Positions 29,634-39,632 are shown, counted from the first letter of the stretch. The stretch: DNA of 64,000 bases from an uncultured delta proteobacterium (GCA_963843145.1 CAWJJC010000027.1:128001-192000); one strand, 5' to 3'. Made by a program: numbers and translations. The notes: generated by a model from the sequence alone, not told the origin.

Positions 29634-30764
29634 TCAATTCAAGGTTGTCAGATAAACAAAGGCCCCCTTTTTAACCGTCAGGATCACCGCGGACTTGACC
29701 GCGTTCCCATCAGTCCCCAGATCCATAACCCCGGAGACGGCCGGAAACCTTCGGGTTTGGGTCAGGGCCAGCCGGACCTTCTCTCCTTCCACGGACTTGG
29801 CCCGTTCCATGGCGTCCAGCAACACGAAGTAGGCATCGGCCCCCAGAGCGTGAAAGGCGGTGACGTCCTTTTCCCGCGGATATTTCTTGCTGAAGTTTTT
29901 AATGAACTCCTTGGCCAGAGGGGTGGCCGCCCCCTGGGTATGAAAATGGCCGATAAAGTGCATCCCTTCGACGGCCGAGCCGCCGATCTGGATCAACTCC
30001 GGGGTCTGAGCTCCGTCCGAGCCGAAGATCGGGACGTTCAACCCCAGTTCCTTGGCCTGGCGGGCGATCAAGGCGTCTTCGGTGTAGTAGTTGGGAATGA
30101 AGAGCACGTCCGGCTTGGCGTCCAGGATAGTGGACAATTGGGCCGAAAAGTCCTGGTCTCCCCCCTGACAAAAGCTTTCGGCCACGATCTTTCCGCCCAT
30201 TTTGATGAAGGCTTTTTTGAAAAACTCGGCCAGCCCCACACAGTAATCCTGGGATTTATCGGTCAGCACCGCGGCCCGACGGGCCTTGAGATTCGTGAAG
30301 GCAAATTTGGCCGCGGCCTCGCCCTGAAAGGTATCCAGAAAACAGACCCGAAAGACATATTTTTTCCCCTGGGTGACCAAGGGGTTGGTGGCCGTGGGAG
30401 AAACCATGGGGACCCGGGCTTTCTCGGCGATGGGCCCGCCGGCCAGGGTGTTGCCGCTGATGGCCTCACCGATGATGGCCGAAACCTTGTTTTTTTCGAC
30501 CAGTCGGCTGACCGCGTTGGCCGCCTCGATCCTGTCGCCCTTGGTATCGACCAAGAACAATTCCACTTTCTTGCCCAGGACTTTGGGCCTCATGGCATTG
30601 GCCGTCTGGATCCCGGCCCATTCCATCTGGCCGAAGGAGGCCACTCCGCCGGTCATGGGCAGATAGACCCCGATCCGAACGGAGTCCTGGGCAAAGGACA
30701 TGGAAGACGTCAGTCCCCAGAGAACCCCTATGGTCAAGATCAAGCCCATCCACTTTTTTATCAT
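29634..30764 (-). CDS. LivJ/K-type ABC substrate-binding protein (orphan)
   Basis: Signal peptide; IGVYLPMTG, SPTATNPLVT, FRVCF.D.FQG. Confidence 0.9.
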   Translation of the reverse strand: MIKKWMGLILTIGVLWGLTSSMSFAQDSVRIGVYLPMTGGVASFGQMEWAGIQTANAMRPKVLGKKVELFLVDTKGDRIEAANAVSRLVEKNKVSAIIGEAISGNTLAGGPIAEKARVPMVSPTATNPLVTQGKKYVFRVCFLDTFQGEAAAKFAFTNLKARRAAVLTDKSQDYCVGLAEFFKKAFIKMGGKIVAESFCQGGDQDFSAQLSTILDAKPDVLFIPNYYTEDALIARQAKELGLNVPIFGSDGAQTPELIQIGGSAVEGMHFIGHFHTQGAATPLAKEFIKNFSKKYPREKDVTAFHALGADAYFVLLDAMERAKSVEGEKVRLALTQTRRFPAVSGVMDLGTDGNAVKSAVILTVKKGAFVYLTTLN

Positions 30765-30776
30765 AGTCCGCCTCCT

Positions 30777-30975
30777 TAATACGAAAATAGAATCGAACAC
30801 CGCTTTTAAGGCCTTTCCCCTGAGTAGTCATACCGGACTCGATCCGGTATCCAGGATATCCGAAGCTTATCCGAGGCTGGATTCCGGATCGCGTCACGCC
30901 GGCGGCGTGACTTATCCGGAATGACGAATCTTGGTCAAGCCTTGTTTTCATGCCTTGGGGTGACCGCCCCGGGCA
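30777..30975. repeat. Composite REP/MITE-like element family A, copy 3
   Basis: TAATACGAAAATAGAATCGA...GTCATACCGGACTCGATCCGGTATCCAGG...CCGGAATGACGAATCTTGGTCAAGCC..TTTCATGCC. Confidence 0.75.
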
Positions 30976-31021
30976 TGGGGGTTTAGTATGTAAATAAGCC
31001 GTTATGGCCTGCAAAAAGGCC

Positions 31022-31074
31022 AATAATCAATAATCAATTGACAATTGACAATTGACAATTGATTATTGATTATT
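31022..31074. repeat. Palindromic 7-bp-period repeat
   Basis: AATAATCAATAATCAATT (GACAATT)n AATTGATTATTGATTATT; half copy at 59785-59811. Confidence 0.8.
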
Positions 31075-31204
31075 AATGTCAACCAGTTATGATTATGTCT
31101 GCCCCTTATTTTCATGCTTCGAGGTGCCCGTCCTCGGTGTGGGTGCCGCACCCGCTGAGCCAGAAGGCGGGGATGCCTGACCTACGGAAAATTTCATGAA
31201 CGGG

Positions 31205-32521
31205 TTATTCGTCCTTATCTCGTTTCCGGAAATACACCCGGATCGGGGTCAGGTCCATTCCGAAGGCTTTCCGCAATTGATTGGTTAAATACCGCTGATA
31301 AGAGAAATGGATCTTCTCCGGATAATTTGCAAAAAAGACAAAGGTCGGCGGTTTCACCCCCACCTGAGTCCCGTAAAAGATCTTAACCCGCTGCCCGCCC
31401 ATCAGGGGCAGCGAATGTCCGGCCAGAATCGTTTTCAGGGCCTGGTTGACCTGGCCGGTCCCCACCCGCTGCGTGTATTGAAGGTAAAGCTTGCGGGCGG
31501 TTTTCATCAGGTGCCCCAAACCATAGCCCGTTTGCGCGGAAACCGGAACGAAGGGGGCAAAGGCCAGATACTTGAGCTGATAACGAAGCTCTTCCAGATA
31601 CGCTTTCTTTTTGACGGTTTTGGCGATCAGGTCCCACTTGTTGATCCCCACCAGGCAGGCCCGCCCTTTTTCAAAAGCCAATCCGGCAATCCGAGCGTCC
31701 TGCTCGGTGACCTGATCCTGGGCGTCCAGCAGGATAACCGCCAGATCGCAACGATCCAGGGTCCTGATGGCTTCCAGGACGCAGTATTTTTCCAGCCGCT
31801 GCGAGACGCGGGCCTTGCGCCGAATTCCGGCCGTATCGATGAGCAGGTATTTCTGTCCCTGGAATTCAAAGGGGGTATCAATCGCGTCGCGGGTGGTCCC
31901 GGGAATGGGGCTGACCATCACCCGCTCCACCCCCAGGAGGGCATTGACCAGGGAGGACTTGCCCACATTGGGCCGACCGATGACCGCCAAGGACAGGAAC
32001 TCTTCCGACGGAACGACTTCTTCGATCTGGGGAATATGACGGGCGATTTGCTCTTCCAGTTCGCCGATTCCCACTCCGTGAAGCGCGGAGACCGGCAGCA
32101 GGCTTTCGATGCCCAAGCGGTAAAAGTCACCCAGAATGTCCTCCCGCCCGGTATGGTCGATTTTGTTGACAGTATAAATGATCGGTTTGGTCGTCCGGCG
32201 CAACCGCTCCATGACCATTTCGTCGGTGGGGGTTAGACCGACCTTTCCGTCTCCCACGAAAACAATCAGGTCGGCCTCTTCGAGGGCCACCTCGATCTGT
32301 TCCTGCATCCCTTCCCCCAGCGGGGAAGAATGATCCCATTCAAACCCGCCGGTATCGACCAGGGTCAGGGACTTTCCCTCCCAGGACAACTCCTGGTAGT
32401 TGCGGTCACGGGTGACCCCCGGCTGATCGTCCACTACGGCTTTCTTCCTCCGGCTCAAGCGATTGAAAAGGGTCGATTTGCCTACGTTCGGGGCCCCTAC
32501 CAGGGCAACGATGAATCCCAT
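31205..32521 (-). CDS. der: Ribosome biogenesis GTPase Der/EngA
   Basis: Two G domains (GAPNVGKS, GRPNVGKS, DTGG/DTAG, NKID/NKWD), KH-like C-term PPTF..F. Confidence 0.97.
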   Translation of the reverse strand: MGFIVALVGAPNVGKSTLFNRLSRRKKAVVDDQPGVTRDRNYQELSWEGKSLTLVDTGGFEWDHSSPLGEGMQEQIEVALEEADLIVFVGDGKVGLTPTDEMVMERLRRTTKPIIYTVNKIDHTGREDILGDFYRLGIESLLPVSALHGVGIGELEEQIARHIPQIEEVVPSEEFLSLAVIGRPNVGKSSLVNALLGVERVMVSPIPGTTRDAIDTPFEFQGQKYLLIDTAGIRRKARVSQRLEKYCVLEAIRTLDRCDLAVILLDAQDQVTEQDARIAGLAFEKGRACLVGINKWDLIAKTVKKKAYLEELRYQLKYLAFAPFVPVSAQTGYGLGHLMKTARKLYLQYTQRVGTGQVNQALKTILAGHSLPLMGGQRVKIFYGTQVGVKPPTFVFFANYPEKIHFSYQRYLTNQLRKAFGMDLTPIRVYFRKRDKDE

Positions 32522-32668
32522 ATCCTTGGCCTCATATTAACAGTCTCATAATAGTATTTGCACGGGCTGTTCTTTTCATCTCTCGCCCGCTTCGCTCGAG
32601 GACGCAGAGCAAGACGAATTATTTTTTTGAAAAATCGCTGAGAGGCCGATTTTTCAAAAGAACTCACA

Positions 32669-33667
32669 CTAAAGATCCGCCACAAATTTACGCAGCCGTC
32701 GATAGGGTTTAAACTCTGGAAAGCCGACCCAGCGTTTCAAATTTCGAACGGCCGGGGGAAGGGATCGGGCGAAATGAAGCTTCCCCTTGACCTGGCTCAG
32801 GAAACTGAAGGCCCCCAGGATCTGTAAATTACGCTGAAAACCGATGATCCGATAATGGGTCATGAAATCTGAAGCCTGGATCCCGGTTCTTTTTGAAAGT
32901 TTCTGTAAATAAAAAATAATCAATTTCTCCTGAACGGAACGGGAAAGCCGCACATAGGGGTCGATCAAGAGGGAGGCCAAGTCGTACTGGGGCGGACCCA
33001 GCCGGCCTCCCTGAAAATCGATAAATCCAAACCCTTTCGGCAAAACCATAATATTACGCGATTGGAAGTCCCGGTAAAGGAAAAAACGCAATTTTTCCTG
33101 ATCCACCCGCAGGGCGACCTCCTTGAATTCGGCCAGGGTCGCCGAATCGATTTTCTCCCGGCCCAGGTATCGCCGGACAAAGAAGCGGAGAAAATATTCG
33201 GTTTCCCGTTCCCAGGAAAAACGACCATCGTAAACCGGGGTATCGTAACACTGCCTGGGATCAAAGCCCCGGGAACCATCCACCTGGATCCTCACCAGAT
33301 GCGTTAGTATTCTCTTGTAAATCTCCATTAAATCAGTTTTATTCGAATTTATCCAATCTTCCAGGGTGACATCCCCGAAATCCTCCAGCAAGAAAATTCC
33401 CAAGCGGCGATTGAAGTCTTTGAGGGCCGGAGTATGGATTCCCCGGGAAGCTAAATGGTGACCGATATAATCAAAGGAATCGTTTTCCGAGGGGATCCCT
33501 CTTCTTCCACCGGGATTGTCCACCAGGACGGCGGTTTTTGAACCCATCTTTACTCGGTACACCTTGCGGTCCGACCCGTCTCCTTTCAGGCAGTGAATGG
33601 GTATTCGGCCGGTATAGCCAAAAGCGGCCGGAAGTGTGGACTTCAAGTAATGGGTTAGCTTTCTCAT
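32669..33667 (-). CDS. AmgK-like aminoglycoside-phosphotransferase-family sugar kinase
   Basis: GDGSDRKVYR, LEDFGD, YRDFQSRNIM, IDFQG...YDLASLL.DPY, QRNLQILG. Confidence 0.85.
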   Translation of the reverse strand: MRKLTHYLKSTLPAAFGYTGRIPIHCLKGDGSDRKVYRVKMGSKTAVLVDNPGGRRGIPSENDSFDYIGHHLASRGIHTPALKDFNRRLGIFLLEDFGDVTLEDWINSNKTDLMEIYKRILTHLVRIQVDGSRGFDPRQCYDTPVYDGRFSWERETEYFLRFFVRRYLGREKIDSATLAEFKEVALRVDQEKLRFFLYRDFQSRNIMVLPKGFGFIDFQGGRLGPPQYDLASLLIDPYVRLSRSVQEKLIIFYLQKLSKRTGIQASDFMTHYRIIGFQRNLQILGAFSFLSQVKGKLHFARSLPPAVRNLKRWVGFPEFKPYRRLRKFVADL

Positions 33668-33743
33668 TTCGGCTTTTCAACAGATTTTGTGGGCGCCGAA
33701 TCGGGGCAACTCAGACTCCCATGCCAATCCAGGAAAAGAGATC

Positions 33744-33897
33744 TGCGTGTACGAGTAGGTGTACGAGTACGACGCTAACATTTCTGCTCCGCTATTCTCC
33801 AGTCAGGCTTCGCTGCCAGGCATCCAAAACCACTACTCCCGATTAGACCGTTTGCCCCCTGCGAGTTTCCGCACTCGTACACGTACTCGTACACGCA
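33744..33897. repeat. Inverted repeats built of 12-bp units
   Basis: TGCGTGTACGAGTAGGTGTACGAGTACG ... CGCACTCGTACACGTACTCGTACACGCA. Confidence 0.75.
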
Positions 33898-33934
33898 AAT
33901 TCCGATTTTTCTTGATACCATCAAATAAGACCAC

Positions 33935-34082
33935 CTCGCAAAAAGTCCAAAAACCTGTCATTGCTTCCCCCGGACTTGATCCGGGGGAAGCTAATCCCTA
34001 CCATGGTAACTAGCTGATTCTTGGGGATTGCTTCGTCGCTTCACTCCTCGCAATGACAGCGCTGGGGACTTTTTGCGAAACC
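33935..34082. repeat. REP-like element family B
   Basis: Near-exact reverse complement of 8034-8179. Confidence 0.85.
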
Positions 34083-34083
34083 A

Positions 34084-35037
34084 TCAAATAATATCTCCCA
34101 CCAAATCACTAGTAATCACTTGCCCTTCCGAGACGATGGCCCCGTCGATTCGAACCTCTTCCCGCACGGTGACCTGGTCCCAGAGGATGGTATTTCGCAG
34201 TCGACAGCCCTGACCCAGTCGGCAGTTTTCTCCCACGGCGCCCCACCCTTCCAAGCGCACCCCTTTTTCGATTCGAGCCCGCGGATGAAGGCACCAGCCC
34301 GGAGGACTCAATCCGACCTTCCGGCCGGGGTCGAAAAGCGCCAGGGTTTTACCGGTCAGGAAGTCCTGGTGCAAAGCCCGGTAAGATTCGAGGGTCCCCA
34401 TATCGCGCCAGTACGGCCCCTTGGTCCGGTAAGCCCAGACCGGTATTCCCTGGCGAATCAGGGCCTGATAAACCGGGATGATATCATAATAAGCCGGCGG
34501 CGGAAGATATTTAAAGATTTCGCGATTTAAAATATGAATACCGGTAAAAGTCCAGCGGCCCCCGGAAGGGGTACGCAACTCCCGGATCCGTCCCTGCTCA
34601 TCCACTACGATGTTATTGAAGGAGGGGTAATCGTGGACCACCAGCGTAACCGGTCCCTGATTTTTCCGGTGGAATTCGATGGCCGGAGACCAATCGATAT
34701 CCGTGAGGATATCGCCGTTCAACACCAAAAAGGGATCGGAGCGCCAGAACCCTTCGGTATTCTTAATCCCTCCCCCGGTCCCCAGGAGCGCCGGCTCCCG
34801 GAGGAGTTGGAGATCGACGAATCGGTCCCGATGCGCGGGTGGGGCCAGAAAGGATTCCATCTCTCCGAAAAGGTGATGGGAATTCAGTATGAGCCGCTGA
34901 ACCTCAAAACGAGCCAGGGTGTCAAAAATCCAGGCCAGCAAGGGGCGGTTGAGCAGCGGGAAGAGCGGCTTGGGTTTGTGAAGCGTTAACGGAAGTAGGC
35001 GGGTTCCTTTCCCCGCCGCCAAAACCATAGCCTCCAC
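34084..35037 (-). CDS. Sugar-phosphate nucleotidyltransferase (MurU-like)
   Basis: AMVLAAGKGTRLLPLT..KPKPL, LGTGGG, NGDI, WRDMGT; adjacent to AmgK-like kinase. Confidence 0.88.
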   Translation of the reverse strand: MEAMVLAAGKGTRLLPLTLHKPKPLFPLLNRPLLAWIFDTLARFEVQRLILNSHHLFGEMESFLAPPAHRDRFVDLQLLREPALLGTGGGIKNTEGFWRSDPFLVLNGDILTDIDWSPAIEFHRKNQGPVTLVVHDYPSFNNIVVDEQGRIRELRTPSGGRWTFTGIHILNREIFKYLPPPAYYDIIPVYQALIRQGIPVWAYRTKGPYWRDMGTLESYRALHQDFLTGKTLALFDPGRKVGLSPPGWCLHPRARIEKGVRLEGWGAVGENCRLGQGCRLRNTILWDQVTVREEVRIDGAIVSEGQVITSDLVGDII

Positions 35038-35072
35038 TGGGCGCCCTTTCCTTGATTCGGTCTGGGACCGGG

Positions 35073-35777
35073 TTAGATGCCCAGATAGGCTTCCTTGACA
35101 TGGGGATTGTTGAGGAGGTCCCGGCCGGTACCCTCCAGCACGATGCGGCCGTTTTCCAACACGTAGGCCCGGTCGCAGAAGGCCAGAGTGTTCTTGACAT
35201 TCTGTTCCACCAGGAGGATGGTCACACCTTCCTCATTGATTCGTTGGGCAATGCGGAAGATTTCCTGGACCAGGATGGGGGCCAGACCCAGGGAGGGCTC
35301 ATCCAGGAGCAGAATCTCCGGAAGGGACATCAAGCCCCGGCCGATGGCGCACATCTGTTGTTCTCCGCCGCTCATGGTCCGGGACTGCTGTTTACGGCGC
35401 TCCTCCAGGCGGGGGAAAAGCCGGTAGACCTCCTTGAGGGACTCCTGGCGTTTGGCCTTGGCCTTGGAACTCAGGGAGCCCATAATCAAGTTTTCCTCCA
35501 CGGTCATCTCCGGGAAAAGCCGGCGTCCTTCGGGCACATGGGCCAATCCCAGATCGATCATCTTGTAGGCCGGGACCTTATTCAAGGATTGCCCTTTAAA
35601 TTCGATGGACCCCTTAGAAGGCCGCAGGAGTCCCGAGATGGTCCGCAGGGTGGTGGACTTCCCGGACCCGTTGGCCCCGATCAGGACCAGGATTTCCTTG
35701 TCCTGGACCTCAAAGGAAACATCCCAGAGGACCTGGACGTCCCCGTAGGAAACATCGATATGGTTGACTTTAAGCAT
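35073..35777 (-). CDS. livF: LIV-type ABC ATP-binding protein
   Basis: GANGSGKS, VPEGRRLF, MSGGEQQM, LDEPSLGLAP. Confidence 0.9.
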   Translation of the reverse strand: MLKVNHIDVSYGDVQVLWDVSFEVQDKEILVLIGANGSGKSTTLRTISGLLRPSKGSIEFKGQSLNKVPAYKMIDLGLAHVPEGRRLFPEMTVEENLIMGSLSSKAKAKRQESLKEVYRLFPRLEERRKQQSRTMSGGEQQMCAIGRGLMSLPEILLLDEPSLGLAPILVQEIFRIAQRINEEGVTILLVEQNVKNTLAFCDRAYVLENGRIVLEGTGRDLLNNPHVKEAYLGI

Positions 35778-36492
35778 GGTCTTCCTCCCCCAGGTAGGCC
35801 TCGATCACCTGCGGGTCCCGGGCGATCTCTTCCGGGGTCCCGGCGGCAATAGGCTGGCCGTAATTGATGGCCAGGATGCGCTGGGAGATGGTCATCATCA
35901 CCTTCATGATATGCTCGATAATGAGGATCGTTACACCCCGGCGGTTGATCTCCTTGATCAATTCAATGGCCAGATCCACTTCCTTGGGCGTCAGGCCGGC
36001 ACAGGTCTCATCCAGCAGCAGGATTTTCGGCTGAGTGGCCATGGCCCGGGTGATCTCCAGCCGTTTGCGCAGCCCGATGGGCAAGCCCTTGGCCTGCTGG
36101 TCTTTGTAGGCCATGAGCCCGCAAAAATCGATCATCTCCAGGGCCAGCTTTTGGGCCGCCTTGATCGAGTTCACCCGGCAGAAGGCCGAGGCGGTCACAT
36201 TCTCCAGCACGGTCAGGCGGGCCAGGGGTTTGACCACCTGAAAAGTCCGGGCGATGCCGAGATGGCATATTTTATGGGTCTTCAGGTTTTTGATGGACCG
36301 ATCGCCGAAGAGGACGTCGCCGGAGGTCAGGGGAAAATAGTTGTTGATTAAATTGAAGATGGTGGTCTTTCCTGAGCCGTTCGGCCCGATCAAGCCGAAG
36401 ATTTCCCCCTGCTCGATCCGGAAGCTGACCCCGTTCACGGCCGCCAGTCCTCCAAAGTACTTAACCAGATTCTTCGCTTCGAAAATGATCAT
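35770..36492 (-). CDS. livG: LIV-type ABC ATP-binding protein
   Basis: FGGLAAV, GPNGSGKTT, GIARTFQ, VIEAYLG. Confidence 0.9.
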   Translation of the reverse strand: MIIFEAKNLVKYFGGLAAVNGVSFRIEQGEIFGLIGPNGSGKTTIFNLINNYFPLTSGDVLFGDRSIKNLKTHKICHLGIARTFQVVKPLARLTVLENVTASAFCRVNSIKAAQKLALEMIDFCGLMAYKDQQAKGLPIGLRKRLEITRAMATQPKILLLDETCAGLTPKEVDLAIELIKEINRRGVTILIIEHIMKVMMTISQRILAINYGQPIAAGTPEEIARDPQVIEAYLGEEDHA

Positions 36493-37463
36493 GAAGCCGC
36501 CTCCGGAGATTTCCTGATGAAAAGCCGTTTGATCTTGGACCAGTCCCCCACCACCCCGTTGGACATGAACAGGATAGTCAGAACCACCAGGATGCCGAAG
36601 GCCATGGCATGACCCTGGCCGACCCATTTGGGCGCCAGACCGAAAATAGCGGTCCGAAAAAGTTCCTGAATCCCGACCATGATCAAGGCGCCGATAGCCG
36701 GCCCCCAGATGGTGGCCACCCCGCCGATAATGCCCACCAGGATAGCCTGGATCGAAATGTCATGGAGCGAAAAGACCACCGAGGGATCGATGAAGCCCAT
36801 GTAATTCAGATAAAAGGCCCCCACCGTCCCGGTGAAGAAGGAACTGATCAAAAAGGAGATATTTTTATACAGGGTGGTATTGATTCCCAGGGACTCGGCC
36901 GCATCCTGATCCTCCCGGATGGCGACGAAATAATAGCCCCATTTGGAATTCATGACCAGGGAAATGACCCCCAAACAGCAGGCCGCCAATCCCAGCACCA
37001 TATAGTAGTAGGGAAGTTTACTGGAAAAGGTCTGCATGATCAGGATCCCGACCATGCCTTCGGTAAAATTCACCCAATTGTTGGCGATGAGACGCAGGAT
37101 CTCCCCGGTGGCCAGAGTGGCCAGGGCGAAATAGGGCCCTCGCAGGCGGAAGCAGAGATAGCCGATAACCAGGGCCAGGACCATGGCCGTCCAACCGCCC
37201 AAGAGCAGGCCCCACCAGGGTGAAAGCTCCAGTTTGGTAAACAGGATCCCGGCCGTATAGGCCCCGATCCCGAAAAAAGCCGCCTGACCAAAGGAGACTT
37301 GCCCGGTATACCCGGCGATCAAATTCCAGCAGGAACCGATGATCACCCACATCAACACCAGGATCAGGAGGTGAATGTAATAGTCCTGCTTGATAAACAG
37401 GGGCAGGATCCCGGCGATCACCAGAACCACCAGCGCCTTGAGGAGACCCAACGACGATTTCAT
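36489..37463 (-). CDS. livM: LIV-type ABC permease
   Basis: GYTGQVSFGQAAFFGIGAY, RLRGPYFALATL, AIREDQDAA. Confidence 0.9.
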   Translation of the reverse strand: MKSSLGLLKALVVLVIAGILPLFIKQDYYIHLLILVLMWVIIGSCWNLIAGYTGQVSFGQAAFFGIGAYTAGILFTKLELSPWWGLLLGGWTAMVLALVIGYLCFRLRGPYFALATLATGEILRLIANNWVNFTEGMVGILIMQTFSSKLPYYYMVLGLAACCLGVISLVMNSKWGYYFVAIREDQDAAESLGINTTLYKNISFLISSFFTGTVGAFYLNYMGFIDPSVVFSLHDISIQAILVGIIGGVATIWGPAIGALIMVGIQELFRTAIFGLAPKWVGQGHAMAFGILVVLTILFMSNGVVGDWSKIKRLFIRKSPEAAS

Positions 37464-37475
37464 CTCTTTCTCCCC

Positions 37476-38351
37476 CTAAATCTTGGTGAAGCGTTTTAAT
37501 CCTCCGGGTATAAAAATCAGCACCAGGAGGAAAATGACCATGCCGACCGCGTCCTTGTAACCCATGGAAATATAGGTAGCCCCCAGAGACTCGGCGATTC
37601 CCAGGGTCAGCCCCCCCAGGATGGCCCCTACCGTACTCCCCATCCCTCCCAGGATTGTGATGACGAAGGCCTTCAAGGTGAAGGGCCCGCCCAGGTCCGG
37701 AAAAAGATAATAGATCGGCAGGAGAAGGGTCCCGGCGGCGGCCGTCAAGGCGGCCCCCAGACCGTAGGTGGCGTAGGTTATCTTTTGCTGATTGATGCCC
37801 ATCAGGACCGCGGCATCTTTATCCTGCGCCGTGGCCCGGATGGCCCGGCCGGTATCCGTTTTCATCAAAAAGAAAAAGAGGCCGATGGTGATGCCGATGG
37901 CAATCAGAAAGGCTATGGCCAGGGGGAAATTAAAGGAGAGCTGCCCCAGGTGAAAGGCCTTATTGGAATACCCGGTGCGGACCGACTGATAATTGGAGGA
38001 AAAAATAAAGCGCATCGCTTCAGTCAAACAGATACCGATTCCCACGGTCATCAGCACCTGGTTTTCGGGAAGGATGGAATCCCGCCCCATTAAGGGGACC
38101 AATAGATATTTGCCGATGTAAAAGGAGATAAAAAAAAGGACCGGCATGCTGACCACCAGGGACAGGTAAGGATCCATGCCAAAGTATTTGAAACAGACGA
38201 AGGTAACATACATGGCGACCATCATGATCTGTCCGTGAGCCAGGTTGATGATTCCCATGACCCCCATGATCAGGGTCATGCCGATCCCGATCAAGGCATA
38301 GAGGCCTCCGATCAAGATTCCCGCGACGATGGTTTGGGTGAAGACTAACAT
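37476..38351 (-). CDS. livH: LIV-type ABC permease
   Basis: YALIGIGMTLI.GV..IINLAHG, GRAIRATAQD, ILGGMGS. Confidence 0.9.
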   Translation of the reverse strand: MLVFTQTIVAGILIGGLYALIGIGMTLIMGVMGIINLAHGQIMMVAMYVTFVCFKYFGMDPYLSLVVSMPVLFFISFYIGKYLLVPLMGRDSILPENQVLMTVGIGICLTEAMRFIFSSNYQSVRTGYSNKAFHLGQLSFNFPLAIAFLIAIGITIGLFFFLMKTDTGRAIRATAQDKDAAVLMGINQQKITYATYGLGAALTAAAGTLLLPIYYLFPDLGGPFTLKAFVITILGGMGSTVGAILGGLTLGIAESLGATYISMGYKDAVGMVIFLLVLIFIPGGLKRFTKI

Positions 38352-38384
38352 GGCCGCTTCCTTATGCCAGGAAAGGATTCGGAA

Positions 38385-38410
38385 CGGGGCCGGCTGCCCA
38401 GCCGGCCCCG
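38385..38410. terminator. GC-rich hairpin after SBP gene (mRNA-stabilising/attenuating)
   Basis: CGGGGCCGGCT-gccc-AGCCGGCCCCG perfect 11-bp stem. Confidence 0.55.
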
Positions 38411-38426
38411 CGTTGAAAAGGAGAGA

Positions 38427-39632
38427 TTAACGATTTTTCCAGGGTTTGTGGGGGAAAATATAGGGAGTCTTGGCGACATTTTTCGGCCAAACACATTCCA
38501 GTTTTCCCTTAATCCATTGCACCAGGTAGGTAGGAACTTCGTTTTGATTGGTCATCTTGCCGTAGTTGGCGAATTTCACCTTGCCGAATACGGTCATCAG
38601 GTCGGTGGCGGACAGGGCCTGGCGGATATCTTCCGAGGAAAACGTCTTGGCCCTTTTCAGCACGTCGGCGATGACTTGCATGGCCGCATAGGCTTCGGCC
38701 CCGTGATATTCCGTGGTTTTCCCATAGGTTTTTTTGTAGTTATTGTAATAATCCATGGCTCCGGGGTAAGGGAGCGAAGGCACCCAGAGGTCGGCCGAAA
38801 AGACCCCTTCCGCGGCCTTACCGGCATTCTGATAAAATTCGGGCAGCGTGAATCCGGCCCCGCCGCCGACGAACAATTTTGGGTTAATATCCAGCTCCAT
38901 GGATTGGCGCATGATCAAAGAAGCGTCCATGACGTAGGAGATCATGTAGACCAAATCGGGGTTGCCGTTCTTGACTTTGATCAGCAGCGGCTTGAAATCG
39001 ACTGCTCCGTGCTCGTACCCTTCTTTCAGGAGCACCTGGATCCCTAAATTTTTCAGGGTTTTTTCGACTTCTTTGGAGCCGCTGGTTCCAAAAAGAGTAT
39101 TTTCAAATAAGATCACCGCGGTTTTGGGCTTGGCCACATCCTTAAAAAAGCTCTCGGCCGCCGAGGCATATTCACTGACCGGCGGATTGAGGCGGTAGAC
39201 GTAATTCCATCCCTGCTCGGTAATTTTATCCGCCGACCCGGTGTTAATTAAAAAGGGAACTTTCTTCTGTTGGGCTACCCCGGAAATGGCAAAGGTCTCC
39301 GAACTGCCGTAGCCTCCCCCCAACATGACCACGTTATCCTTGGACAGCAATTTCTCGGCCGCCGATCGGGCGATGTCCGGCTTACCGGTATCGTCTTCAA
39401 AGAGGAGTTCAATCTTCTTGCCCTTCACGCCACCCGCCTTGTTGATTTCATTCAGGGACATGACAAAAGAATTTTTTTCAATTTCTCCGAACTTGGCCTT
39501 TTCACCGGTCATGGGCAGGATGATGCCCACTTTGATGACGTTTTGGGCAGCCACCGGCCCTGCCCCAGCGATCAAAGTGATAGAGAACGTCACCACTAAC
39601 GACACCGCCAACCATAGCTTCCATTTGCTCAT
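38427..39632 (-). CDS. LIV-type ABC substrate-binding protein
   Basis: Signal peptide; KVGIILPMTG, EINKAGGVKGKKIEL; heads the liv operon. Confidence 0.92.
   Translation of the reverse strand: MSKWKLWLAVSLVVTFSITLIAGAGPVAAQNVIKVGIILPMTGEKAKFGEIEKNSFVMSLNEINKAGGVKGKKIELLFEDDTGKPDIARSAAEKLLSKDNVVMLGGGYGSSETFAISGVAQQKKVPFLINTGSADKITEQGWNYVYRLNPPVSEYASAAESFFKDVAKPKTAVILFENTLFGTSGSKEVEKTLKNLGIQVLLKEGYEHGAVDFKPLLIKVKNGNPDLVYMISYVMDASLIMRQSMELDINPKLFVGGGAGFTLPEFYQNAGKAAEGVFSADLWVPSLPYPGAMDYYNNYKKTYGKTTEYHGAEAYAAMQVIADVLKRAKTFSSEDIRQALSATDLMTVFGKVKFANYGKMTNQNEVPTYLVQWIKGKLECVWPKNVAKTPYIFPHKPWKNR

Noticed and set aside
29553-30779. Long antisense ORFs (also 12136-13152, 31307-32236, 58800-59702, 60753-61628)
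   Set aside because: Opposite well-supported genes; expected in GC-rich coding DNA
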